Shown here: piece after piece, positions 1 through 8,471 of the stretch
Position numbering within the stretch: the first letter of the stretch is position 1
Layout: each line of letters starts with the position of its first letter
From: Vulcanimicrobiota bacterium
GTDB taxonomy: Bacteria > Vulcanimicrobiota > Vulcanimicrobiia > Vulcanimicrobiales > Vulcanimicrobiaceae
Length of the DNA: 64,000 bases
Assembly: GCA_963733295.1 (NCBI GenBank)
Contig: CAVTCS010000003.1
Location: forward strand, 32,001-96,000
Direction of reading: 5' to 3'
The notes under the pieces: generated by a model
Databases searched by the model: none
What the model was told of the DNA's origin: nothing
The model's input: only the letters and a program-made list of their open reading frames with translations
Program-made: the position numbers and the translations under genes

Positions 1-2
1 AG

Positions 3-440
3 CGCCGAGTACTGCGAGACCCAGGACTGCGTGAAGGAGAAACGCTGAACAGCTCGGCCGGCTTCGTCGTAGAGCACGACAGAAATGTTCCTTCGAGACG
101 AGGCTGGGGGCGCGACGTTCCCAGATTTCGCCACCGCGCCGGCCCACTGCGCAAACTGCGAATCTCGCGTGACCCCTCGCTCGAGCGTCACCGATTCATA
201 CTTCGTGTGGCCGACCATGTGCGTTGCCGGCGACGACGACATCTCATTGAAGCCTGCGACGACGCGACCGTTGTAGCGCAACCGATAGCGGTACTGCCGA
301 TAGAAGTTGTCGCCCGCTGATTGGAGCGCCGACTGGCGCGGCGCCGGGGGCGAGGCCTGGTCCGCCCGACCTTGAGAAAACGCCGTTGCAAAGAGCAACA
401 ATCCAAACGCCGCAGCCGCTGCTCGCGCCTCATTCCGCAT
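3..440 (-). CDS. Phage T4 gp19-like / eCIS tail tube family protein with N-terminal signal peptide (3' end beyond window start)
   Basis: Not in ORF track. Manual translation from ATG at 440 (RBS GGGAGG upstream): MRNEARAAAAAFGLLLFATAFSQGRADQ...YRYRLRYNGRVVAGFNEM...GHTKYESVTLERGVTRDSQFAQWA...RRNISVVLYDEAGRAVQRFSFTQSWVSQYSA. Matches the gp19-family pattern (VAGF, KY-x-x-I/VTLxRG, F-x-x-W, R-x-I-x-x-x-L-Y-x-E-A-G, W-V-S-x-Y). Open to the window edge. Confidence 0.8.
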   Translation of the reverse strand, partial: MRNEARAAAAAFGLLLFATAFSQGRADQASPPAPRQSALQSAGDNFYRQYRYRLRYNGRVVAGFNEMSSSPATHMVGHTKYESVTLERGVTRDSQFAQWAGAVAKSGNVAPPASSRRNISVVLYDEAGRAVQRFSFTQSWVSQYSA

Positions 441-592
441 CGTCGACCTCCCTTCTCCGGTTGGCGTAACCAAGGACGTTCGTTGTCATTGGAAAACGCT
501 AAGGCAATCCGCCATGGAAAGATGGTGTACCTGGGCCGCTGGTTTTCATTCCCCGACCAGCTGAGCTGCGGGACGAGAAGAGGAGAACGCAT

Positions 593-2368
593 ATGCGTGG
601 TCTTTTTCACCTTTTGATCGTGGTTCTTATTCTCGTTATGCCGGCCGTAGCGCAGGCCGCGACCTTCAATCAGGTCACTTTCAAGGTTACCACCGGCAGC
701 GATGACCTGCGGGGCGATAGCTCCGCAACGGCGGTGCTGCACTTCAGCGGCGGCGGCAGCCAAACGTTCGTGCTCAAGTCTCAAAGCGAGAGCGGCTGGG
801 CGAATAATTCGGTCCACAGCAAAGCATTCGGCCTAAAGAGTGCCAAGCAACTGGACGCTTTCAAAAAGATCGCCATCACGTTGACGTCTCACAACGGCGC
901 TTTTGAAACCGACGACAACTGGAACGTCCAGAAGCTCAACATTACGGTCTCAAACTCGGGCGCATCGCGAACGTGCCTCTTGCAGCGTGCAGGGAATCCG
1001 CTGGTGAGGTTAACCGGCAGCTCTCCAAGCGCGAGCTACAAAGCCCGTGCGGGCTGCAAGCAAACCGGTTCGAGCGCTTCTTCGATTGGTTCGCCGAGCG
1101 TCGGCAATATCGATCAAGATATGTTCGCGGTGATGAAAGCGAGCGACGTCCATGGAGCGTCGCTTGCAATCCTCGACGGCACGCGCCTCGTCTACGCCAA
1201 AGGCTACTCTTGGGGTCCGGCGGGAACGCCCGCGGTCTCCCCGACGACGCTATTCCGCCAGGCGAGCGTTTCGAAGCTGATCACGGCCCTCTCAACGATG
1301 CAACTGATCAGCGAAGGGAAGCTGACGCTCCAAACCACCATGCAAAGCGTTCTGAACTTGAAGACCCACAGCGGCAGGGCGCCCACCGACAAACGCTTCG
1401 CGAACATTACGATCCAGGATCTGCTGGAGATGCGCTCGGGACTCGACTCGACTACCGAGGTGAAAGACGTGACGATCGCGAGCGCCCTCGGAAAGTCGCT
1501 TCCCATCGATGCCGCCGACATCCAGACGTACGCGGCCGGCGAAACGCTGATCAGTGCGCCGGGCGACAGGTCGCAGGCCTTCTACAACGACTCCAACTTC
1601 GATTTCCTAGCATATGTCGTGGCGAAACTCCGTAACGCAGCGTCGTTCATCGAAGCGATCCAGGCTCCGTTGCTGAAACCCCTCGGAATCACGCGAATCC
1701 GATCGGCGCAAGCCTTGCGCTCTGCACAATTACCTAACGAAGCGACGTATTATCCCAATCCGTACCAAACCGCCAAGAGCGTGATGACTCCCGCGCAACC
1801 GACGGTCGAACTTGGCTACGGAGACAAGAACCTCCCGAACATGCAGGGCGGCGGCGGCTTGAGTGCGGCCGCCACCGACATGGCGCGTGTGTTGGCCGCC
1901 ATGCAGCTGAAAGAAGACAATCCGGTCTTCAAACCGGGCATGGTGGACCGGATGCTCAAACTCTCATACGCGGCCGACAACGACAAGCGCTTCACCCACA
2001 GTAACGCCTTCGGCTACTACGGCTTAGACTCGGTCGGCCCGGTGAAATCGGGTGGGAGCGTACCGCCTTACCAGGCCGACAAGGGCGGCTACCTCGAGAC
2101 GAGTCAGAACGCGATCTTCTATCAAGATGGCGGCATCAGCTACGTCGTCTGCTGGAACGGACATACGACCGGCGGCGAGAGTTGGTACCCCGTGTTCAAT
2201 TCGGTACTAAAGGCTGCCGTCGCTCACAACTGGGGCAACATCGACCTGTTCCCAAAGTATGGGATGCCCGCGTTTCATACAAGCGCCCATGCGGTCCCGC
2301 ACTTCCCGGTGCCTTTGCCGCCTCCGATCCCGATGGAACGGCTCGACCCGCGCTACAACCACGGATAG
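593..2368 (+). CDS. Exported serine hydrolase (beta-lactamase/PBP-like family) with extra N-terminal beta-rich domain
   Basis: Signal peptide (AQA-A); FRQASVSK SxxK motif, LLEMRSGL, GGGGLSAAATDMAR; RBS AAGGAG. Confidence 0.85.
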   Translation: MRGLFHLLIVVLILVMPAVAQAATFNQVTFKVTTGSDDLRGDSSATAVLHFSGGGSQTFVLKSQSESGWANNSVHSKAFGLKSAKQLDAFKKIAITLTSHNGAFETDDNWNVQKLNITVSNSGASRTCLLQRAGNPLVRLTGSSPSASYKARAGCKQTGSSASSIGSPSVGNIDQDMFAVMKASDVHGASLAILDGTRLVYAKGYSWGPAGTPAVSPTTLFRQASVSKLITALSTMQLISEGKLTLQTTMQSVLNLKTHSGRAPTDKRFANITIQDLLEMRSGLDSTTEVKDVTIASALGKSLPIDAADIQTYAAGETLISAPGDRSQAFYNDSNFDFLAYVVAKLRNAASFIEAIQAPLLKPLGITRIRSAQALRSAQLPNEATYYPNPYQTAKSVMTPAQPTVELGYGDKNLPNMQGGGGLSAAATDMARVLAAMQLKEDNPVFKPGMVDRMLKLSYAADNDKRFTHSNAFGYYGLDSVGPVKSGGSVPPYQADKGGYLETSQNAIFYQDGGISYVVCWNGHTTGGESWYPVFNSVLKAAVAHNWGNIDLFPKYGMPAFHTSAHAVPHFPVPLPPPIPMERLDPRYNHG

Positions 2369-2396
2369 GAATCGGCGCACTCCGCCGGACGCGGTT

Positions 2397-3830
2397 CTAG
2401 GCGGTCCCTGCCGGACGGCGGCGACGGACGATCGCGGACACTTCTGGTTTCGGCATCGTCTGGATGCTTGGTACCGTCGGGCTCGGTAGTTTGACGAGTT
2501 GCTTCTCAACGATGCTGAGCGAGTCGGCCGTCTGCGGGAGCGATGGGACGCTGATGTCTGCAGGCTCGCCAAAACCGAAGGCTGCGGTCAAATCGCCGCA
2601 GGTGTCGCGTCGCCACTTCGTCAGATAGGGAACCTCGACGCCAAAGCGCGCTTCGATGAATCGCAGCGTCGAAGTGTGGTCGAAGGTGTCGCCGCAGACG
2701 AATCCCCCGCGCGTAAACGGCGAGATCGCGAGGCACGGGACGCGGAAACCCAAGCCGATCGGCACGCCTGCCACGAATTCGCCGGGCGTCCCGAGTGGCG
2801 GCGTCGGTGGTACGACGTGATCGAAGAGCCCGTCGTTCTCGTCATAGACGAGGATGAACGCAGTGCGCGACCAGACTTTTGGGTTGGACCAGAGCGCTTC
2901 GAGAATCGCTCGTAGATAGTTCTCCCCGGCCGCCGGCAGTTTGTCCGGATGCTCGCAGAGATCGTACGGCGGCACGATCCATGTGACTGCAGGCAGATTT
3001 CCCGTGCGAAAGTCCTGCAGCATCGCCTCGACCGAACGCATCTTCGCCGCGTTCTCGTACAGCGTCGAGGTCCTCGGAGCGTCCTGGAACGCCGCGAAGT
3101 TCATGATGACATCCAGTCCGACCGGATACTCGGCGGTGCTCTCGGGCCGGTAGATGCGCCATGAGACACCGGCCGCATCGAGACGTTGCGCGTACGTCTC
3201 CCAGGTGTACCGCCGGCCCCGATTGTTGGTCGCCGGTCCACCATTCTTGCCCCCGGAATCGATCGAAGCCGTCAGCCAATAATACCGATTTGGATTCGTC
3301 GGTCCCATGACCGAGCAGTGATATCCGTCGCAAATCGTAAACGCGTCGGCGAGCGCGTAGTAGAACGGAAGATCGGCTCGCGTGTAGTAGCCCATCGTCA
3401 GCGGGGCTCTTTTGCCATCGCTCCTGTAATGCGCGTTGATCCAGCCGTCCTGGCGGCCGCCGTTCCAAGCTTCGTGCAATGTCCCCCAGGCGTGACTAAG
3501 ATCGTACAGCCGCTGCGCGTTCGTCGTCTTGGTGTCGAGATGAAAGGGCAGTACGTAACCGTCGCTCGAGTGCCGGTAGGGTTGATAGAAGACGCTGCGG
3601 CCATCGGGAAGCCGCGCCGCGCCGGCATCGCCGAAGCCGCGCACGCCGCTTAGCGTGCCGAAGTAATGGTCGAACGAACGGTTCTCTTGCATCAAGAGCA
3701 CGATGTGCTCGATGTCGGAGAGTTTCGAAGGAACCGGTTGCGCGTTAGCCGGACGCAACCACTCGACGTACGGCACAGCGACCGCGGCCGACGCCAGCGA
3801 GAGAAAACCCGATCGCGACAGATGCCTCAC
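2397..3830 (-). CDS. Phospholipase C / phosphoesterase (PlcH/AcpA superfamily)
   Basis: IEHIVLLMQENRSFDHYFG, GPTNPNR, YDENDGLFDHV, GLGFRVP, FDHTSTLRF. Start moved to GTG 3830 (Tat-like leader); the ORF-track extension overlaps the next gene. Confidence 0.92.
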   Translation of the reverse strand: MRHLSRSGFLSLASAAVAVPYVEWLRPANAQPVPSKLSDIEHIVLLMQENRSFDHYFGTLSGVRGFGDAGAARLPDGRSVFYQPYRHSSDGYVLPFHLDTKTTNAQRLYDLSHAWGTLHEAWNGGRQDGWINAHYRSDGKRAPLTMGYYTRADLPFYYALADAFTICDGYHCSVMGPTNPNRYYWLTASIDSGGKNGGPATNNRGRRYTWETYAQRLDAAGVSWRIYRPESTAEYPVGLDVIMNFAAFQDAPRTSTLYENAAKMRSVEAMLQDFRTGNLPAVTWIVPPYDLCEHPDKLPAAGENYLRAILEALWSNPKVWSRTAFILVYDENDGLFDHVVPPTPPLGTPGEFVAGVPIGLGFRVPCLAISPFTRGGFVCGDTFDHTSTLRFIEARFGVEVPYLTKWRRDTCGDLTAAFGFGEPADISVPSLPQTADSLSIVEKQLVKLPSPTVPSIQTMPKPEVSAIVRRRRPAGTA

Positions 3831-3971
3831 GCGCCCGGCCTTCGCGTTCCGAATGGCCACCCTCTCTCGAACGCAGCGAAACTCGGCCGGGACGCGCTCA
3901 ACCGGGCGTCGAAAAGCGCCTACCGAGCCGCGGCGAGTCCAGCGACTCTGCACGAACGATAGGGAGCGATT

Positions 3972-4640
3972 ATGACGAACTTTAAAGTTCGCGGTTTTCG
4001 GCGCGTAGCCGGCCTCATCTGTGTCGCCGCTATCCTTGCGGTAACGACTCCGGTAAAGGCCACAATTGACGTCTCGGGCAGCGACCCGGTCAGCCGATGG
4101 CTGCACTCGATCCCGCCTTCTTGCAGCTTTTTCCGTCCATCCGAATCGTACTGGGTCGGCGCGGTGATGAACGATGACTGGAAGCAATTTCCAAAGAACG
4201 GCAACGAGCAATCGATTATGCAGGGAATAGCGTCTATTCGCGCGTTCTACGATCCCGTCCACAAGATCGCCGCCTTTTACGAAAGTGGAACTGACACGCT
4301 CAACTACGCCGTCATCGGCGGCGCTGCGCCGCCTCCCACCAACGCCAAGGTGACGACGATAAAAGATCTATCGTCCGTCATCCTCGGCGGTAACGTGCGT
4401 CTCGGCCAGACCGTAGCCCAAGTCTCGTCGGCGGTAGGTCTGAAGTCGTTGCTGCACCCTTCCGCCGCGCCTTCGTGTCCAGGCTACAGCGCCGTCGGTT
4501 TCTGTTCGTGGAACCGTACGGGCTGCGTATGCATCCTGGGGCCAGTGTCCGGGCCGGAAAAGAAGTTCGGCGTCGCCGTCTTCCACGAAGGTCGTGTCGT
4601 CGCGCTGGGTTGGGACGATGGCGAGTGCGGCTTCGGCTAA
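3972..4640 (+). CDS. Hypothetical exported protein (several Cys)
   Basis: RBS AGGGAG, basic N-terminus plus hydrophobic signal ending VKA; divergent from the PLC gene. Confidence 0.7.
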   Translation: MTNFKVRGFRRVAGLICVAAILAVTTPVKATIDVSGSDPVSRWLHSIPPSCSFFRPSESYWVGAVMNDDWKQFPKNGNEQSIMQGIASIRAFYDPVHKIAAFYESGTDTLNYAVIGGAAPPPTNAKVTTIKDLSSVILGGNVRLGQTVAQVSSAVGLKSLLHPSAAPSCPGYSAVGFCSWNRTGCVCILGPVSGPEKKFGVAVFHEGRVVALGWDDGECGFG

Positions 4641-4717
4641 GGCGCCAGTAGCTTCGTCGTCTGATCTCGTCGAAACTTTCTTTTGGGACGCGCGTACGAG
4701 TGCCAAAGGGACGCTGG

Positions 4718-5056
4718 ATGGGTTCAGCTCGTACGAACGGGGTGACGTTGCGTCAGGCCGCGCTGATAGTCGGCTTCGCGTACCTCCTGAACCCCGTGGC
4801 CTACGCCGAGTTCGCCATCTACCCGAAACTCGTGATCCACGGCAACGTTGACGCGACCTTTGCGAGCATCAGCTCCCATCACGGGCTCTTTCTCGCCGCA
4901 CTTTTTTGCTATCTGATCAACTTCACCGAAGACATTATCATCTTCGTCACGTTTTTTGGTGAACTCGTCTTCATGCTTTGGCTGTTGATCAGAGGCTGGA
5001 AGCTTGACGAGACGAAGCGCGCGCCTAGTTCCGCCGGCGACGCACGCGCGACATAA
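4718..5056 (+). pseudogene. DUF4386-like membrane protein, apparently internally deleted
   Basis: N-terminal (AALIVGFAYLL...YPKLVIHGNVDAT) and C-terminal (GELVFMLWLLIRG) family motifs joined in only 112 aa. Confidence 0.55.
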
Positions 5057-5166
5057 CCCAGGCGTGCGCTAGCAGCACTCCGGCGCCCATCCCGCTTGTT
5101 GCCAACGGCACGAGAAGTTCTTCCACGGGCACGCCTACGACGTGAGCGAGCAGGGGCGTCATCGTG

Positions 5167-5901
5167 CTACTTGTCGTCCGCGGGAGAAGCCATTGCGTTT
5201 TCTAACACCTTGCTCCACTTCGGGTCGGGCGGAGCGCCGGAAGCGTATTCGTCGTGCCAGTTCCACCACTCGTATGGCGGCGTCTGAGGGTAGCCCTCGG
5301 GCGAGTCCTCCCACTCTTCTTGGCGCCCGAGCGGGGTCAAATCGAGGTAGTTCCACGTGCCGCCCATCTGTTCGTCGCCGCGGCTGTTGATGAAGTACGT
5401 GTGAAACACGCGCTCGCCGTCGCGGATGAACACGTTCGTGCCGTGCCACTCGTCCACGCCGAAGTCGACGTCGAAGCCGTTCAGCATCGTGTACCACGGC
5501 ATGTCCCAGTCCATCCGCGCCTTCACGCGCTGGATGTCCGCCTGCGGCGCGCGCGAGACGAAGGCGAGCGTGGTGTCGCGTGCGTTCAAGTGCGCGAGAT
5601 GCGCGACCTGATCGGCGCCTAGGGAACAGCCGCGGCAGGCATGTTCGGGCCAGCCGAACACGCCAGGCTCGAAGAAGGCGCGGTAAACGATCAGCTGACG
5701 GCGGCCCTCGAACAAGTCGAGCAAACTCACCTTGCCGTCAGGTCCGTCGAACTCATACGCTTTCTCCACGCGCACCCATGGCATCCGCCGGCGCTCGGCG
5801 GCCAGCGCGTCGCGTGCGCGAGTCATGGCTTTCTCTTTGACGAGCAGCTGCTCGCGGGCAGCCTCCCACTCTTGCTGTGAGACGATCGGAGGTGTTTTCA
5901 T
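5167..5901 (-). CDS. DUF899 thioredoxin-like protein
   Basis: EWEAAREQLLVKEK, RRRMPWV, LFEGRRQLIVY, CRGCS, LDLTPLGRQE. Confidence 0.92.
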   Translation of the reverse strand: MKTPPIVSQQEWEAAREQLLVKEKAMTRARDALAAERRRMPWVRVEKAYEFDGPDGKVSLLDLFEGRRQLIVYRAFFEPGVFGWPEHACRGCSLGADQVAHLAHLNARDTTLAFVSRAPQADIQRVKARMDWDMPWYTMLNGFDVDFGVDEWHGTNVFIRDGERVFHTYFINSRGDEQMGGTWNYLDLTPLGRQEEWEDSPEGYPQTPPYEWWNWHDEYASGAPPDPKWSKVLENAMASPADDK

Positions 5902-5929
5902 TGCAAGATGTCCTTTCCGTTTTTGACAT

Positions 5930-6373
5930 TCAAATGGACTGCGTGCTGCTGCGTGGCGGATCGAAGGGAGATGTCCGGCCGCCTTCAGCGACGAGCTTCA
6001 TGCGTGCAAGACAGTATTCCCAACCCGCGATGTGATCTGGCATCCAGTCGGCGGGCAACTCGCGGTGAACGAGGTTGAGGCGAGTCCCCGCGCCTTCCGG
6101 CAGGAGCGTGATTTCTACGACCGTGGAACCGGCCGGAAGCTCGTGCCCTTCGCCCTCGAAGCCCCACGTGAACGTCACCTTCGAATCGGGGATCGCTTCG
6201 AGATACGTCCCGCGGACGATGTCGCTCGGCGTCATCGCTATGCGGAAGAGACCGCCAGGACGCGGATGCACCTCGGCCTCGGTTCCCATCCACTCTGCGA
6301 TCTTCGTAGGCTCGGTCAGGAACGAGTACACGATAGACGCCGGAGCGTCAATGTAAATGTCCTTGACGATCAT
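5930..6373 (-). CDS. SRPBCC/AHSA1 domain protein
   Basis: IDAP...LTEP...EW, GG-x-F, FTWG, GTRLNLVH, GWEYCL; 4-nt overlap with the ArsR gene. Confidence 0.9.
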   Translation of the reverse strand: MIVKDIYIDAPASIVYSFLTEPTKIAEWMGTEAEVHPRPGGLFRIAMTPSDIVRGTYLEAIPDSKVTFTWGFEGEGHELPAGSTVVEITLLPEGAGTRLNLVHRELPADWMPDHIAGWEYCLARMKLVAEGGRTSPFDPPRSSTQSI

Positions 6374-6690
6374 CGCGAACGCCGCGCCTTTTTGCGCGCC
6401 TCACGTTCCGCCGCGGCCTTGAGACTCGCGAGGCGCTTGTCCCAAAATCCATCCAGAAAATTCCGGAGCTCCGCGAAACCCTCGGTTCGCACCGCGTAGA
6501 TCCGGCGCGTGCCTTCGCGCCGCAACACCAGCAAGCCGGCGTCGGTTAGGACGCGAAGGTGCTCTGAGATCGCGGGGCGGGTGGTGTCGAATTGCTCGGC
6601 GATGTCGCCGGCACGCATCTCGCCGCCTTGCAGCAGGGTGAGAATCGCGACCCGCCGCGGCTCGGCGAGGGCTTTGAGAACGCTTTGCAT
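6370..6690 (-). CDS. ArsR/SmtB family transcriptional regulator
   Basis: ALAEPRRVAIL, AISEHLRVL-x-x-AGL, REGTRRIY; RBS AAGGAG. Confidence 0.93.
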   Translation of the reverse strand: MQSVLKALAEPRRVAILTLLQGGEMRAGDIAEQFDTTRPAISEHLRVLTDAGLLVLRREGTRRIYAVRTEGFAELRNFLDGFWDKRLASLKAAAEREARKKARRSR

Positions 6691-6719
6691 GTGCTCCTTA
6701 CGATGGCTTGCGATACCCT

Positions 6720-6749
6720 AATGTAAGCACATACTTTCGAAAGTGTCAA
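6720..6749 (-). promoter_or_regulatory. Sigma70-type promoter of the arsR-SRPBCC-DUF899 operon with overlapping palindrome
   Basis: Minus strand TTGACA-N18-TACATT; perfect palindrome ACTTTCGAAAGT at 6733-6744 (candidate operator). Confidence 0.6.
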
Positions 6750-6835
6750 CCTACTAACAGACTTAGCCGATGGCCGGATCGCGAGGAGGCCTCGCCCGGG
6801 GGCCGTCGCTTAAACTGGAGTAGTGCCATCCATGT

Positions 6836-7927
6836 TCAAGGCTGTCGACCTGCCTCCGCGACGAGCGCGCGCCCGGTTTCGATCAATTGCTTCACGACCG
6901 CGCCGAGGTCCCGAAAGCGATCGTCGTGCGTTTGGCCGCGGCGGTAACGGACGTAGATCTGCTGATCGATCACCGCGTAGCGAAAGATGTTGAAGGCGCG
7001 ATACCAATCCACGTTTGTCACGTCGCGACCGGTTCGCGTCGCGTAGCGTTCGACGATGTCGCGACGACTTGGAAAGCCGGAACCGACGATCGGCATCGTC
7101 GAGTGCTGGAAGGCAGGCGGATCGCCGGGCTCTACCCAGAGCGCAAGCACGTTGCCGAGATCGCTGAGCGGATCGCCCAGCGTTGACATGTCCCAGTCGA
7201 GAACCGCAACGAAGGTCTGCAGATCCTCGGCAGCGACGATCGCGTTGTCGAGTTTGTAGTCGTTGTGGACGACTGCCGAACCGCTCTGCGCCGGCTGGTG
7301 TGTGGCAAGCCACGCGATGACGTCCTCGGCGGCCGGGCGGTCATCGGTCTCGGCGGCGTACCAGCGTTTGATCCAACCATCCACTTGGCGTTGAAGGTAG
7401 CCTTCGGGCTTTCCAAGATCGGCGAGCCCGCAGGCTAGGTAGTCGACGCTGTGCAGCGCGGCCAACGCGTCGATGAAATTCTCGCCGAGGTGACGTTGCG
7501 CAATTGGATCGTCGACCAGTCGCGCCGGCAGTTCGCGCCGGATGACGACGCCGTTGCGCCGTTCCATCACGACGAAGTCGACGCCGAGCACATCGTGATC
7601 GGTGCAAAGCAGAAAGGCACGCGGCGCGAGTGCGAACGGTTGCCACAACTTCGAGAGAACGCGATACTCGCGCTTCATGTCATGCGCGCCCACCGCTACC
7701 GGACCGTGCGGTGGACGCCGCAGGACGAACTCGCGCTCGCCGAACCTCAAAAGATAGGTCAGATTTGCGTGACCGCCTCCGAACTGCCGTAGCGTGAAAT
7801 TGCCCTCGGCTTCCGGGAGGTTCGCACGCAGATACGGCTCGAGCCGCGTCGTGTCGAGCTCCTCACCGGGCCGGACTTCGATCGTATCGTTCGCGCTCGG
7901 ATGCGCCCGGGATGCGGGCTCATGCAT
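6836..7927 (-). CDS. Phosphotransferase (APH-like, acyl-CoA dehydrogenase-associated) family protein
   Basis: QFGGGHANLTY, VLRRPP, HDMKREY, HNDYKLDN, VLDWDMSTLGDPLSDL; start set at ATG 7927. Confidence 0.9.
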   Translation of the reverse strand: MHEPASRAHPSANDTIEVRPGEELDTTRLEPYLRANLPEAEGNFTLRQFGGGHANLTYLLRFGEREFVLRRPPHGPVAVGAHDMKREYRVLSKLWQPFALAPRAFLLCTDHDVLGVDFVVMERRNGVVIRRELPARLVDDPIAQRHLGENFIDALAALHSVDYLACGLADLGKPEGYLQRQVDGWIKRWYAAETDDRPAAEDVIAWLATHQPAQSGSAVVHNDYKLDNAIVAAEDLQTFVAVLDWDMSTLGDPLSDLGNVLALWVEPGDPPAFQHSTMPIVGSGFPSRRDIVERYATRTGRDVTNVDWYRAFNIFRYAVIDQQIYVRYRRGQTHDDRFRDLGAVVKQLIETGRALVAEAGRQP

Positions 7928-8018
7928 GGTTCGCGCGTTCGTTCGCGGCGAGCGGCGGACCCTCTCGGCTGCGGCGGTGCGACCGGGATGCCGGCGGAGC
8001 CGGCACGAACTCCGCAAG

Positions 8019-8453
8019 ATGAAAGCCTTGCTTGGCGCAACCGCTCTCATGCTCGTAAGCTCGGCCGCGTTAGCGCAGCCCTCGCCGAAGCCATCGCATA
8101 TGCACGCCGTCCAGCTCGTTAGACTGCCCAATGGCGACTACACGCTTCCACAGCACGTCCTAGACGCGTGGGGAGAGAGCGCCAAAGTCACCTTCCACCC
8201 CGAGGGCCCGAAGACGCTCGTGACCGTCACCGTCTCCGCCAGTTCGAAGAAGACGCACCAATTCAATTTGAAGTCCGGCGCTGACTGCGTGCACATGAAT
8301 TCTGTGGTACCGTTGGGACCGGCCGTGCCGGGGCAGCCGTCGCAAACCCTCGTCTCCCTCCCGATAAATCTGAATAGCAAGAATTATGCGATCGACATGC
8401 AGGACACGACGGCGAAGCAGCAGTTCCAAGAGGTTTGCGCGCAACACGGATAG
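8019..8453 (+). CDS. Small exported protein, SOD/CHRD-like fold suspected
   Basis: Signal peptide MKALLGATALMLVSSAALA-Q; two Cys; beta-strand pattern. Confidence 0.7.
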   Translation: MKALLGATALMLVSSAALAQPSPKPSHMHAVQLVRLPNGDYTLPQHVLDAWGESAKVTFHPEGPKTLVTVTVSASSKKTHQFNLKSGADCVHMNSVVPLGPAVPGQPSQTLVSLPINLNSKNYAIDMQDTTAKQQFQEVCAQHG

Positions 8454-8471
8454 CGAAACGAAGGGCTGACG

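Noticed and set aside
1..276. Plus-strand partial frame 1-48 and ORF 85-276
   Set aside because: Antisense to the gp19-like gene, which has an RBS and family motifs.
441..592. Hairpins (CCAAGGAC/GTCATTGG, CGCCAT/ATGGTG, GCTGGT/ACCAGC) suggesting a c-di-GMP or c-di-AMP riboswitch
   Set aside because: Core consensus nucleotides do not match; the region is adequately explained as a divergent promoter. An Infernal/Rfam scan would settle it.
3831..4262. N-terminal extension of the PLC ORF
   Set aside because: Overlaps the divergent gene at 3972 and precedes the export leader.
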